A stretch of DNA of 64,000 nucleotides, from contig CAWASC010000008.1 in NCBI GenBank assembly GCA_963784705.1, positions 538,141 through 602,140 on the forward strand. Reading direction: 5' to 3'. This DNA is from an uncultured Actinomycetota bacterium. Lineage in GTDB: Bacteria; Actinomycetota; Actinomycetes; Mycobacteriales; SCTD01. Made by a program: the position numbers and the translations under genes. The notes below the pieces were generated by a model that worked only from the letters and a program-made list of their open reading frames with translations, was not told the DNA's origin and searched no databases. Of the stretch, positions 8,126-16,159 are shown in pieces (position 1 is the stretch's first letter; the number at the start of each line of letters is the position of its first letter).

Positions 8126-9510
8126 AGCAGGCGGCGCAGCACCTTCTTGTCCCGCTCGGAGTACGGCGGATACATCACCGACAGGTCCGGGAAGGTCCGC
8201 GTGACCAGCGTCGCCTTGCGGTGGCTGAACGCCTCGAAGCCCCACTTGCCGTGGTAGGCACCCATGCCGCTGTCGCCGACGCCGCCGAACGGCAGTTGTG
8301 GGACGAGCACGTGCATCAGCGTGTGGTTGATGACCGCGCCACCCGAGGAGATCTCCGCGAGGACGCGGGCCTGCTCCTTCTTGTCGTTGCTGAACAGGTA
8401 CGACGCGAGCGGCTTCTCCCGGGCGTTGACGAAGGCGATGGCCTCATCGAGGTCGCGCACCCCGAGCACGGGGAGCACCGGCCCGAAGATCTCCGCCGCC
8501 ATGACCTCCGAGCCGGGGTCCGGGTCCACGACGACAGTCGGCGCGACCCCGTCCGCGACCTCGCCACCCTGCACGATGGTGCCCGAGCCGAGCAGCCCGG
8601 ACAGCCGTCCGAGCTGGCGGTCGTTGACGATGGGTTGCGTGACGGATTCCCCGGCCCGCATCGCCGCAACGGCGGCAGTGAGCTTCGCCACGAAGGACTC
8701 GCGCACGGAGTCCTCGACGAGGATGTAGTCCGGGGCCAGGCAGGTCTGGCCGGAGTTGATGAGCTTGCCCAGCGCGATGCGCCGCGCGGCGACCTCGAGG
8801 TCCGCGTGGCGCGTGACGATCACGGGGCTCTTGCCGCCGAGCTCGAGGATCACGGGGGTCAGGTGCTTGGCGGCCGCCTGCATGACCTTGCGCCCGATCT
8901 CCGTGCCACCGGTGAAGAACACCAGGTCCGTTCGGGCATCGATCAGCTGCTGGGTGACCTCGGCCTCCCCTTCGACGACCTTCACCGCATCAGCGTCGAG
9001 GTACTCCGGCAGCAGCTCTGCCATCAGCGCCGAGGCGGCCGGTGCGTGCTCCGAGGGCTTGAGCACGACGCAGTTGCCCGCGGCAAGCGCGCCGATCATC
9101 GGGCCGAGGCAGAGGTAGAACGGGTAGTTCCAGGGACCGATGACGAGCACGACGCCGAGCGGCTCGTAGCGGTAGCTGGCCTTGGCCGGCAGCAGGGCCA
9201 GGGGCACCGACGTCCGGGTCGGCTTCATCCAGCGCTTGAGGTGCTTGAGCGCGTACTTCGCCTCGCCGACCGTGGACGCGATGTCCCCGAACCAGGTGTC
9301 GTGCGCGTTGCGCCCGAGGTCCGCCGCGAGCGCCTTCGCCATGTCGCTCTCGCGCTCCTCGCAGAGCCGGATGATCCCCTCGAGCTGCCGCCGACGCCAC
9401 TCCAGGGGCCGGGTGCGCCCGCTGGCGTAGGTGGCACGCAGGCCGTCGATGAGCTCACGCGCCTGCGGAGCCTGCGCTTCGTGCGCCTCGCGGTCGACTA
9501 CGGACGTCAT
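8122..9510 (-). CDS. aldehyde dehydrogenase family protein (ALDH3-like)
   Basis: 462 aa with motifs GPWNYPF, ELGGKSP and a catalytic Cys context GQTCLAPDY. Confidence 0.9.
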   Translation of the reverse strand: MTSVVDREAHEAQAPQARELIDGLRATYASGRTRPLEWRRRQLEGIIRLCEERESDMAKALAADLGRNAHDTWFGDIASTVGEAKYALKHLKRWMKPTRTSVPLALLPAKASYRYEPLGVVLVIGPWNYPFYLCLGPMIGALAAGNCVVLKPSEHAPAASALMAELLPEYLDADAVKVVEGEAEVTQQLIDARTDLVFFTGGTEIGRKVMQAAAKHLTPVILELGGKSPVIVTRHADLEVAARRIALGKLINSGQTCLAPDYILVEDSVRESFVAKLTAAVAAMRAGESVTQPIVNDRQLGRLSGLLGSGTIVQGGEVADGVAPTVVVDPDPGSEVMAAEIFGPVLPVLGVRDLDEAIAFVNAREKPLASYLFSNDKKEQARVLAEISSGGAVINHTLMHVLVPQLPFGGVGDSGMGAYHGKWGFEAFSHRKATLVTRTFPDLSVMYPPYSERDKKVLRRLL

Positions 9511-9580
9511 GGGGGCTCCTCCGGCAGACGATGGGTCGTTCCCATCGTCGCACGCCGGAGCGATCGCCTACGGTGGTCCC

Positions 9581-9913
9581 ATGGCTGGTTGGAAGAAGTG
9601 CGCGACCTGCCGGAAGGTCCTTCCCGCGGAGCAGTTCGAGGGCGAGGCCGACACCTGCGCGGCGTGCCTGGCAGGACCTCCGCCGAAGGTCCGCACCGCG
9701 CGTGCCTCGACGGTGAAGACGGTCCGGGCAGCGTCACCGGTGCCTCCGCCCGAGGAGCGAGGACCGCTGCTGGGCAAGGTGGGCAGTGGGGATCTCGAGG
9801 TTCGCGAGCGGCGCGCGAAGAAGGCAGCCCTGGAGCAGCTCGCGGAGCTGCACGCGGAGGACTTCGAGCAGCTGCTGACGCAGGCCCGTCGGTCCGAGGG
9901 CCTGCGCAGCTAG
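9581..9913 (+). CDS. hypothetical protein with N-terminal CxxC...CxxC zinc-ribbon-like motif
   Basis: ATG 9581 (MAGWKKCATCRK...CAAC). High GC3. No family recognised. Confidence 0.55.
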   Translation: MAGWKKCATCRKVLPAEQFEGEADTCAACLAGPPPKVRTARASTVKTVRAASPVPPPEERGPLLGKVGSGDLEVRERRAKKAALEQLAELHAEDFEQLLTQARRSEGLRS

Positions 9914-9920
9914 CCGCCTG

Positions 9921-10154
9921 TCAGTCCGAGTTGGCGCTGGGACTCGGCCGGCTGTTGATGAGGTCCGTGCCGTCTTCCACCAGCAGCGCCTCGCGCGCCA
10001 GGGGGATGCTCAGAGCCCGGCCGTGGTGACCGCAGAAGGTCAGCTCGCCGGAGACGAAGACTGCCCGGATGAAGGCTTGGGCACCGCACCGATCGCAGCG
10101 GTCGGCCAAGGTCAGTGGAGCGCTGATCGGCGTGGCGAGCGTGCTGGCGGTCAT
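9921..10154 (-). CDS. conserved hypothetical protein (Cys/His-containing, 77 aa)
   Basis: ATG 10154 (MTASTLATPIS...CDRCGAQAF...FCGHHG). The start is uncertain; the track ORF extends to 10223. Confidence 0.5.
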   Translation of the reverse strand: MTASTLATPISAPLTLADRCDRCGAQAFIRAVFVSGELTFCGHHGRALSIPLAREALLVEDGTDLINSRPSPSANSD

Positions 10155-10272
10155 GTCAGGTCCCATCCCTGGAAGGTTGTTTCGTACAGCCCTGATCGAC
10201 CCCCATCGCCCCTCCTCCGTCACCCGATCGGGGGTACGGCGGACCCTGCTATCGTTTCCGCTCGCACGACAA

Positions 10273-10349
10273 GCGCCGCTAGCTCAGTTGGTTAGAGCAG
10301 CTGACTCTTAATCAGCGGGTCCGGGGTTCGAGTCCCTGGCGGCGCACCA
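10273..10349 (+). tRNA. tRNA-Lys (anticodon CTT), CCA encoded
   Basis: Cloverleaf read by eye: acceptor GCGCCGC/GCGGCGC, D arm GCTC..GAGC, anticodon stem GCTGA/TCAGC with loop CTCTTAA, T arm CGGGG-TTCGAGT-CCCTG, discriminator A, then CCA. Confidence 0.93.
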
Positions 10350-10357
10350 GGTGTGAC

Positions 10358-10389
10358 CTGCGGTTTCTCTCTGAGGAGGGAAGCCGCAG
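10358..10389 (+). terminator. putative stem-loop terminator after tRNA-Lys
   Basis: CTGCGGTTT-14 nt-AAGCCGCAG (9 bp including one G-U), followed by the T-containing tail tgtcgtttctc. Confidence 0.45.
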
Positions 10390-10423
10390 TGTCGTTTCTC
10401 GGGCCGAACCTTCGTCAGCCGGG

Positions 10424-11308
10424 TCAACCGCTTGGAGTCGCCTGCCACAGGGCCGCGACGTGCCGGGCGTCGGTTCCGCAGCACCCGCCGAGCGTGGTGA
10501 TCGACGGGAGCTCGGCGAGCAGCTCCTGCGTGCTCCACTGCAGCAGGTCGAGATCGCCCTCGTCGAGGACCTCCATCACGTCGAGCTCCGCGTGCGTCAG
10601 GGTGGACGCGTTCGGCCGGAAGACCTGCAGCCGCCGCTGCCACGCGCCCCCGTCGAGGGCCGGAAGGACGTGCGTCGGGTGGGCGCAGTTGACGCCGAAC
10701 CAGTCGGGGGCGGCCACCGCATCGGTCTGCTCGACCGCGCGTCCCAGCGGGGTCCCGTCGGGCAGCCGACCGTCCGTCTCGACCGTGAAGGAGATGCCCA
10801 CCGGGACGCCCACGTCGCGAGCCGCCTGCACCACGCCGATCGCCTCCGAGGCCTCGGTCAGGGTCATCGCGTGGACCACGTCGACTCCTGCGTCGGCCAG
10901 CGACGCGATCTGTCCCCGGTGGTACTCCGCGGCGGCCTCCGCCGAACGACCGGCCGCGACGTAACCATCACCGCGGGGGCCGACGACGCCCGAGACCCGG
11001 ACCCGGTCCGCGTCCGGCGCGACCTGCCGGACGAGGGAGACAGCGGCGCGGTTGACCCGGTCGAGAGCGGGATGGTCGTAGCCGAGCAGCTGTGCCCAAT
11101 CCGGGTTCGCGCGCCACGTGGGCGTCTCCAGCACCACGCCTGCCCCGGCCCGACCGGCGATCTCGGCGTAGTCCCGGTAGTAGCTGACAAGCACCTCCGC
11201 CGAGGCGGCGTCCTCGACGAGGGGGAACGCAGCGAACTCCGGCAGCGGGAGGCCGCGATGGAACAGCAGATCGGTCTCGAGACCACCGTCGGTGACCCAC
11301 TCGAGCAT
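10424..11308 (-). CDS. homocysteine S-methyltransferase family protein
   Basis: 294 aa with the C-terminal zinc-site motif GGCCGTDARHV and an internal NCAHP motif. Confidence 0.85.
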   Translation of the reverse strand: MLEWVTDGGLETDLLFHRGLPLPEFAAFPLVEDAASAEVLVSYYRDYAEIAGRAGAGVVLETPTWRANPDWAQLLGYDHPALDRVNRAAVSLVRQVAPDADRVRVSGVVGPRGDGYVAAGRSAEAAAEYHRGQIASLADAGVDVVHAMTLTEASEAIGVVQAARDVGVPVGISFTVETDGRLPDGTPLGRAVEQTDAVAAPDWFGVNCAHPTHVLPALDGGAWQRRLQVFRPNASTLTHAELDVMEVLDEGDLDLLQWSTQELLAELPSITTLGGCCGTDARHVAALWQATPSG

Positions 11309-11482
11309 GACGTCCCCCTGCCCCCGAGCCGGACGTGGCCCGGCTGGCCGAGGGTAGCGACGGCCCTTCGTGCTGCGCCAGCCCCCGAGAGCAGGGAGGC
11401 CACGACCACCGACCTGAACCCGGCAGCTACGACGGCTCGACCCGGCTCGACCCTCACGAAAGGAGGTACCCGTCGGCCCGCG

Positions 11483-12916
11483 TCAGTCCTCGGCCAGCCT
11501 CGACGCGACGGGCCTCACGGCGACCGGGGACCCCGGGCCCCCACCGGGTGTCGAGACGTACTCCCCCACACCGACGCACGTCAGAAGCAGCGTGACGAGG
11601 TCGTCCGACTCCCCCAGGAGCGCAGGAACCTCCGAGTCCAGAAACGTCATCCCGGTTGCCGTCGCGCCGAGGGCGTAGGCCGCGAGGTGCAGCCGCCCCT
11701 CGACGACGCCGGCCGCCAGCTGGGCGGACCGGTAGCTCCGGTCGTCGAGGCTCGCGCCCGCCACGGCACCGATGACGACGTACGCCGCATCGGCGGCCAG
11801 TCCCTGCCCGAGGGCGATCCGCATCAGCTCGTCGCGCAGGTTCCCGGTGCGCACGGGCTTGTCGAGATCGGGCCAGCGGTAGACGCCCGGTTCGACACCC
11901 TCGACCGCGTGGACCACGACCCAGTGCGGTACGTCGATGCCCCGCATCGCGGCAGCCATCGACCACGTGAGCTGCTCGCGCGGCAGCGACGCTGTCGGGT
12001 CCATGCGCCGCTGCGAGCCGCGGCGCAGCACCACCTGGTCGAGCGACGCGGTCTCCGGCACGTCGATCAGAGGATCGCCCGCCGGCCAGGCGGCGCCGAG
12101 TGACGTGGACTCCCCTGCCTGCTGCGCAGTGGTGCAGAGAGGGAGCTCGACGTCGGCGAGCACACCTCGTTCAGCCAGCCCGCCGGGCCTGATGGCCGGA
12201 TCCCCCGGCTCCAGGGTCACCAGCGCCAGAGGTTGCTCGAGCACCCCGTCGGCGCCGACCAGGTCGCGCACCTGGGCGTCGGGGAAGTCGCTGCGCAGCA
12301 AGGGATCCAGGCCGACGCTCACCGCAGCCGCGAGCAGTTGCGACAGGAGGGTCCCGGCATCCCAGTACTGGTGACGCCAGCCCCTCTCGGCGTACTTCCA
12401 GCCGGTGCGCCACGGGATCCCGGTCACCACCACGGTCGTCGCCTCACCCCCTGCGACCGGCGCCACCTGCACGAGCGCGTGGTCGACCGGGTCGTACCAG
12501 TGCACCCCGTCCGGGACGCCGTCGACCCCGCGCGTGCTGGCGTAGACCTCCAGCGGGAACCGACCACCGGCAGACCCCGCCGCGCGGAACAGCATCGGCC
12601 CGATCCGGTGCACGGACGTCCGGACGACCCCGGAGCACAGGAACAGCAGGCGCCCGAGCTGGGTCGCGTCAAGGGGGTGGGCCAGAGCGCGGACGCCGGA
12701 CAGCGCGGCACCCGCCGAGGCACCTGGCGGCAGCTCGCGCGCCAGGGCGAGCCGGGGCAGGGAACCGTAGGACTTCACCGGCGGGGGAAGGGTCGCAGGG
12801 TCGTTGGGCACCAGGTCCTGCCGGACCCGCGGGTCGTCGGCGGGCACGTCCCAGTCCCTGCTCGGCGTGTACGACGTGAGCCGGTGCAGCAGCCCGGCGC
12901 CGGTCTCGACATCCAT
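11483..12916 (-). CDS. SagB/ThcOx-type nitroreductase-superfamily protein with two nitroreductase-like halves
   Basis: 477 aa. First half: AGSAGGRFPLEVYAS...GVHWYDPVDHAL. Second half: LRRGSQRRM...VEPGVYRWPD...LAAGVVEGRLHLAAYALG. Confidence 0.75.
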   Translation of the reverse strand: MDVETGAGLLHRLTSYTPSRDWDVPADDPRVRQDLVPNDPATLPPPVKSYGSLPRLALARELPPGASAGAALSGVRALAHPLDATQLGRLLFLCSGVVRTSVHRIGPMLFRAAGSAGGRFPLEVYASTRGVDGVPDGVHWYDPVDHALVQVAPVAGGEATTVVVTGIPWRTGWKYAERGWRHQYWDAGTLLSQLLAAAVSVGLDPLLRSDFPDAQVRDLVGADGVLEQPLALVTLEPGDPAIRPGGLAERGVLADVELPLCTTAQQAGESTSLGAAWPAGDPLIDVPETASLDQVVLRRGSQRRMDPTASLPREQLTWSMAAAMRGIDVPHWVVVHAVEGVEPGVYRWPDLDKPVRTGNLRDELMRIALGQGLAADAAYVVIGAVAGASLDDRSYRSAQLAAGVVEGRLHLAAYALGATATGMTFLDSEVPALLGESDDLVTLLLTCVGVGEYVSTPGGGPGSPVAVRPVASRLAED

Positions 12917-12953
12917 GGACGAAGGATGCCCCAGCAGGCTTGCGACCTCATAC

Positions 12954-12995
12954 TTGCCAAAACTCTTGTAGGTTTTCTATTGTTCTACCTACAGG
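12954..12995 (+). promoter_or_regulatory. putative hsp20 promoter with overlapping inverted repeat (candidate MerR/HspR-type operator)
   Basis: Locally AT-rich. TTGCCA (12954-12959), 18-nt spacer, TATTGT (12978-12983). Inverted repeat CTTGTAGGT (12965-12973) / ACCTACAGG (12987-12995), 8 of 9 complementary. Confidence 0.45.
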
Positions 12996-13039
12996 GATCC
13001 GGGACGGTCCCGGACCCGCTCCTCATCGGAGGTGGAGCA

Positions 13040-13477
13040 ATGCTCAAGACGTCTGACCCGTTCCTCGCGGAGTTCGACCGGTTGGCGCACCAGGTGTTCG
13101 GCGGCGCCGAGACCGCAGGCATGCCGATGGACGTCAGCCGGCGCGGCGACGAGCTGGTCGTACGCCTGGACGTCCCCGGCGTCGAGCGCGACCACATCGC
13201 GCTGAGCCTGGAGAACCACGTGCTCACGGTGAGCGCCGAGCGGCACGCACAGCACCAGGACGGCGAGAACGTCCTCGTGCAGGAGCGCTTCGACGGCACG
13301 ATGACCCGGCGGCTGCGCGTTCCTGAGTGGGTCGACGGCGAGCGCGTCACGGCCGACTACCAGGACGGCGTGCTCACCGTGGTCCTGCCGGTGGCCGAGC
13401 AGGCTCGCCCACGTCGCATCGAGATCCGGCCGAGTGCCGGCAGCGACCAGACCAGCCTGCAGGCCGGGGCTGCGTGA
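13040..13477 (+). CDS. Hsp20/alpha-crystallin family small heat-shock protein
   Basis: ATG 13040 preceded by GGAGGTGGAG. 145 aa with alpha-crystallin domain signatures (DVPGVERDHIALSLENHVLTVSAER...DGVLTVVLP). Confidence 0.9.
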   Translation: MLKTSDPFLAEFDRLAHQVFGGAETAGMPMDVSRRGDELVVRLDVPGVERDHIALSLENHVLTVSAERHAQHQDGENVLVQERFDGTMTRRLRVPEWVDGERVTADYQDGVLTVVLPVAEQARPRRIEIRPSAGSDQTSLQAGAA

Positions 13478-13485
13478 CACTCCCC

Positions 13486-13794
13486 ATGGACGACGACCTG
13501 GCCCCGCTCTACAGCGTGGGCCAGGTCGCCGGCATGCTCGGCGTCCAGCAGGCGTTCCTCCGGCGGCTCGACACCTTCGACGTGGTCAACCCCGGACGCA
13601 GCGACGGGCAGCAGCGCCGCTACAGCCGACAGGACATCGCGCAGGTGCAGCAGGCCGTCGGCCTCATCGACGAGGGACTGACCCTCAACGGGGTGCGTCG
13701 GGTCCTTGCCCTCGAGGCGGAGGTCAAGGCCCTGCACGCCGAGATCGCGCGCCTGCGCGCGCAGGACGAGGTCACGCCGTCACCAACCGGCTGA
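13486..13794 (+). CDS. MerR-family (HspR-like) transcriptional regulator
   Basis: 102 aa. HTH YSVGQVAGMLGVQQAFLRRLD...RRYSRQDI followed by a coiled-coil tail. Lies 8 nt downstream of hsp20. Confidence 0.8.
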   Translation: MDDDLAPLYSVGQVAGMLGVQQAFLRRLDTFDVVNPGRSDGQQRRYSRQDIAQVQQAVGLIDEGLTLNGVRRVLALEAEVKALHAEIARLRAQDEVTPSPTG

Positions 13795-13845
13795 GCGCCC
13801 CTACAGTCGGTGCCCGGACGAGGAGCGAGCGAAGGAGCAACAGTC

Positions 13846-14208
13846 GTGGCGATCGACCCCCGGGGCGCGGACCTCAAGGCGTTGCTGGCCGATGACCCCG
13901 GCGGCCCCGTGGTGATGCTCAACCTCCTGCGCTTCACCGAGGCCGGCCGATCGTCGTACGACGCCTACGCCCGCGCGCTGTCCGAGACCTTCCTGCCGAA
14001 GTACGGCGGGACGGTGCTGTACGACGGTGACGGCTCGACCGCGATGGTGGCGGAGGACGGCCAGGCCTGGGACCGGGTGCTGCTGGTGCAGTACCCGAGC
14101 CGCCAAGCGTTCAGCGACATGGTCGCCGACCCGGACTACCAGCAGGTCACGCACCTGCGGACCGAGGCGCTCACCGAGGCGGTGCTCCAGGCGACCATCC
14201 CCCGCTAG
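13846..14208 (+). CDS. DUF1330 domain-containing protein
   Basis: GTG 13846 lies 8 nt after GAAGGAG. 120 aa (VMLNLLRF...YP S RQAF...DPDYQ pattern). Confidence 0.75.
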   Translation: MAIDPRGADLKALLADDPGGPVVMLNLLRFTEAGRSSYDAYARALSETFLPKYGGTVLYDGDGSTAMVAEDGQAWDRVLLVQYPSRQAFSDMVADPDYQQVTHLRTEALTEAVLQATIPR

Positions 14209-14968
14209 CGCTCGGACCCTCAGGAGCACGAAGGCGCGCCACGATGCCTTCCCGGCCTTCCCGGCCTTCCCGGCCTTCCCGGCCCTCCCGGACCAGCGCC
14301 TGCCAGAACGTGTCGGCCCAGAGCCGATGGCCGCGGTTGTTCGGGTGGAACCAGTCCGCGGCGTAGTGGGTGAGCATCGCGGCCCAGCCGGCGCGCTCGA
14401 ACGCGTCGTGCGCCGAGACCGCGACCATCCCCGCTGCGCAGCCGCGCGCGCAGAGCAGACCGCCTGCCTCCTGCGCCCGTCGCTCCCAGCGACCGTGCAT
14501 GAAGTAGGGCACGTCCGCCACCAGCGACCCCCTGGGGAGGGCGGCCACGAGCACCTCGGCGTCCCGCGCGAAGGACGCCGCGTCGAGATCGCGCACGTCG
14601 TTGGCTCCGACGTCGACGAGGACCACGTCCGGAGAGCGCTCGAGACGGGCGAGGGCGGGCACCTGCTCCTCGATCACGTCGCGCAGCTGCGCCCCGGTAC
14701 GGCTGAGGTTGACGACCTGGACGCTGCGCCCCGTGGCAGTGCGCAGCCGTGACGCCACGAGCCCGACGTACCCCCGCTCGGGGTGGTCGGCCCCGATCCC
14801 CTGCGCCACGGAGTCACCGAGGGCGACGAGCAGCACGTCGCCGTCGAGGGTCGCGACCCGTTGCCAGAAGGCGCGATGCCGCGGGATGGACCGGCGCAAG
14901 GCCAGCACGGCAGCAGCCCGATGGAGCGCGAGCCCGAGCCCCAGGAGCAGCCAGACCCGACGGTTCAT
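14171..14968 (-). CDS. SGNH/GDSL hydrolase family protein with repeat-encoded C-terminal tail
   Basis: N-terminal TM/signal segment, GDSVAQG block I, GANDV block, and HPNNRGH block V. The C-terminus carries REGREGREGREG encoded by a 9-nt repeat. The 3' end overlaps the convergent DUF1330 gene by 38 nt. Confidence 0.8.
   Translation of the reverse strand: MNRRVWLLLGLGLALHRAAAVLALRRSIPRHRAFWQRVATLDGDVLLVALGDSVAQGIGADHPERGYVGLVASRLRTATGRSVQVVNLSRTGAQLRDVIEEQVPALARLERSPDVVLVDVGANDVRDLDAASFARDAEVLVAALPRGSLVADVPYFMHGRWERRAQEAGGLLCARGCAAGMVAVSAHDAFERAGWAAMLTHYAADWFHPNNRGHRLWADTFWQALVREGREGREGREGREGIVARLRAPEGPSASGGWSPGAPPR
14246..14290. repeat. 9-nt tandem repeat GCCTTCCCG x4 plus variant GCCCTCCCG
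   Basis: Read directly from the sequence. In-frame in the minus-strand SGNH gene, where it encodes (REG)n. Confidence 0.95.
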
Positions 14969-14972
14969 CGGC

Positions 14973-15614
14973 TCAGGGAACCACGACAGGCGCGTCGCGC
15001 CAGCGCACGTGCAGGTGGATGCCCTCGGCCCGCAGCGCGCGCCGGCCCATGAGCACGCAGCAGGCGACGGCGATCGAGGTGAGCACCGGGGTGAGGACCG
15101 AGCGCGCGACGAGGACGGCGTCGTACCGGTCCGCGACCAGCAGCTGCAACGCGACCCAGCCGTTGATGATGTTCGCGAACGCCCACACGCCGCACAGGTG
15201 CCGCAGGACGCGCTGCACCTTCACCAAGGCGGTGACGTGCGGCGGCAGGCCGACGAAGTCCCGCGCGAAGCGCTCGGTGAGCGGCTGACCGACGACGGTC
15301 GACACGAGGAACGCGGCGGCGAGCACGAAGGCGTTGATGGTCGGGGTCAGCAGGTAGACGAACGTGGAGTGGAACGCCAGGGCGATGCCGGTGCGCGTGG
15401 TGAACAGCAACGCCGCGACGATCAGCACTGCGGGTAGCGCCGTACCCCTCAGCCAGCGACGCGCGATCGACAGGTAGCACCAGGCCAGCGCTGCCACGAG
15501 GGCCCAGACCAGCCCGGACAGGTGCAGGAACGCCCAGAACAGGAAGGCCGGGACCACAGTGGCCTCGATGACCTGTGACCCGATCCGCCCGAGCATCGAG
15601 CGCAGCGCCGGCAT
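14973..15614 (-). CDS. multi-pass integral membrane protein (unknown function)
   Basis: Start ATG 15614 (MPALRSMLGRIG...). About 6 hydrophobic helices. Stop lies 4 nt upstream of the SGNH gene start. The start is uncertain; the track ORF extends to 15845. Confidence 0.6.
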   Translation of the reverse strand: MPALRSMLGRIGSQVIEATVVPAFLFWAFLHLSGLVWALVAALAWCYLSIARRWLRGTALPAVLIVAALLFTTRTGIALAFHSTFVYLLTPTINAFVLAAAFLVSTVVGQPLTERFARDFVGLPPHVTALVKVQRVLRHLCGVWAFANIINGWVALQLLVADRYDAVLVARSVLTPVLTSIAVACCVLMGRRALRAEGIHLHVRWRDAPVVVP

Positions 15615-15780
15615 CTCGATGCCGTGGGTGGAGGGCACGGGGGTCCTGACTGATGGGGGGAAGGGTGGGGCGTACCGGTCCTGGCTGCTCAAGGCGTCGA
15701 CCGTCACACCCCGTGGCTGAACACCCGTTGGGGTCAGCCTCTCATCGATCGTGCTCGCCGTGGGACCCTTCGACCTGTGA

Positions 15781-15797
15781 ACCTGCTGACAGCAGGT
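15781..15797. promoter_or_regulatory. perfect 17-bp palindrome ACCTGCTG-A-CAGCAGGT upstream of the Rieske gene (candidate operator)
   Basis: Read directly from the sequence. It ends 14 nt before ATG 15812 and sits just 5' of the RBS GAGGAG (15801-15806). Confidence 0.4.
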
Positions 15798-15811
15798 GGT
15801 GAGGAGCCAAG

Positions 15812-16159
15812 ATGACCGAGATCCGCGCCGCGGCACGGTCCGCACTGGGCAAGCGCAAGGTCGTCGGTGCCGGCAAGTGGGCCGTCGGGAACAACGGCGA
15901 CGACCTGTTCGCGGTGACCCGGCGCTGTCGCCACCTCGGCGCCGACCTCGCCGCCGGCGGGATCGACCCGGCCGGCTGCCTGGTCTGCCCCTGGCACCAG
16001 TCTGCGTACGACGTCACAACCGGTCGGATGGTGCGCGGTCCCCAGGGGATGTTCGCCAAGGTGCCCGGACTGGGCTTCGCCTTCCGGACGCTCACGCGGG
16101 TGCTGCCACTGGGGCGCGGCACGGTCGTGGAGCGCGACGGTGACGTCTACGTCTCCTGA
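15812..16159 (+). CDS. Rieske (2Fe-2S) domain protein
   Basis: 115 aa with the CRHLG...CPWHQSAYD ligand motifs. Confidence 0.88.
   Translation: MTEIRAAARSALGKRKVVGAGKWAVGNNGDDLFAVTRRCRHLGADLAAGGIDPAGCLVCPWHQSAYDVTTGRMVRGPQGMFAKVPGLGFAFRTLTRVLPLGRGTVVERDGDVYVS

Noticed and set aside
12965-12995. A canonical HspR HAIR element (CTTGAGT-N7-ACTCAAG) upstream of hsp20.
   Set aside because: The inverted repeat present (CTTGTAGGT-N13-ACCTACAGG) differs in both arm sequence and spacing. It is kept only as a generic operator candidate.
10273-13000. tRNA-Lys as the attachment site of a genomic island.
   Set aside because: There is no integrase, excisionase, direct repeat of the tRNA 3' end, or compositional break downstream. 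Flanking genes are ordinary metabolic genes.
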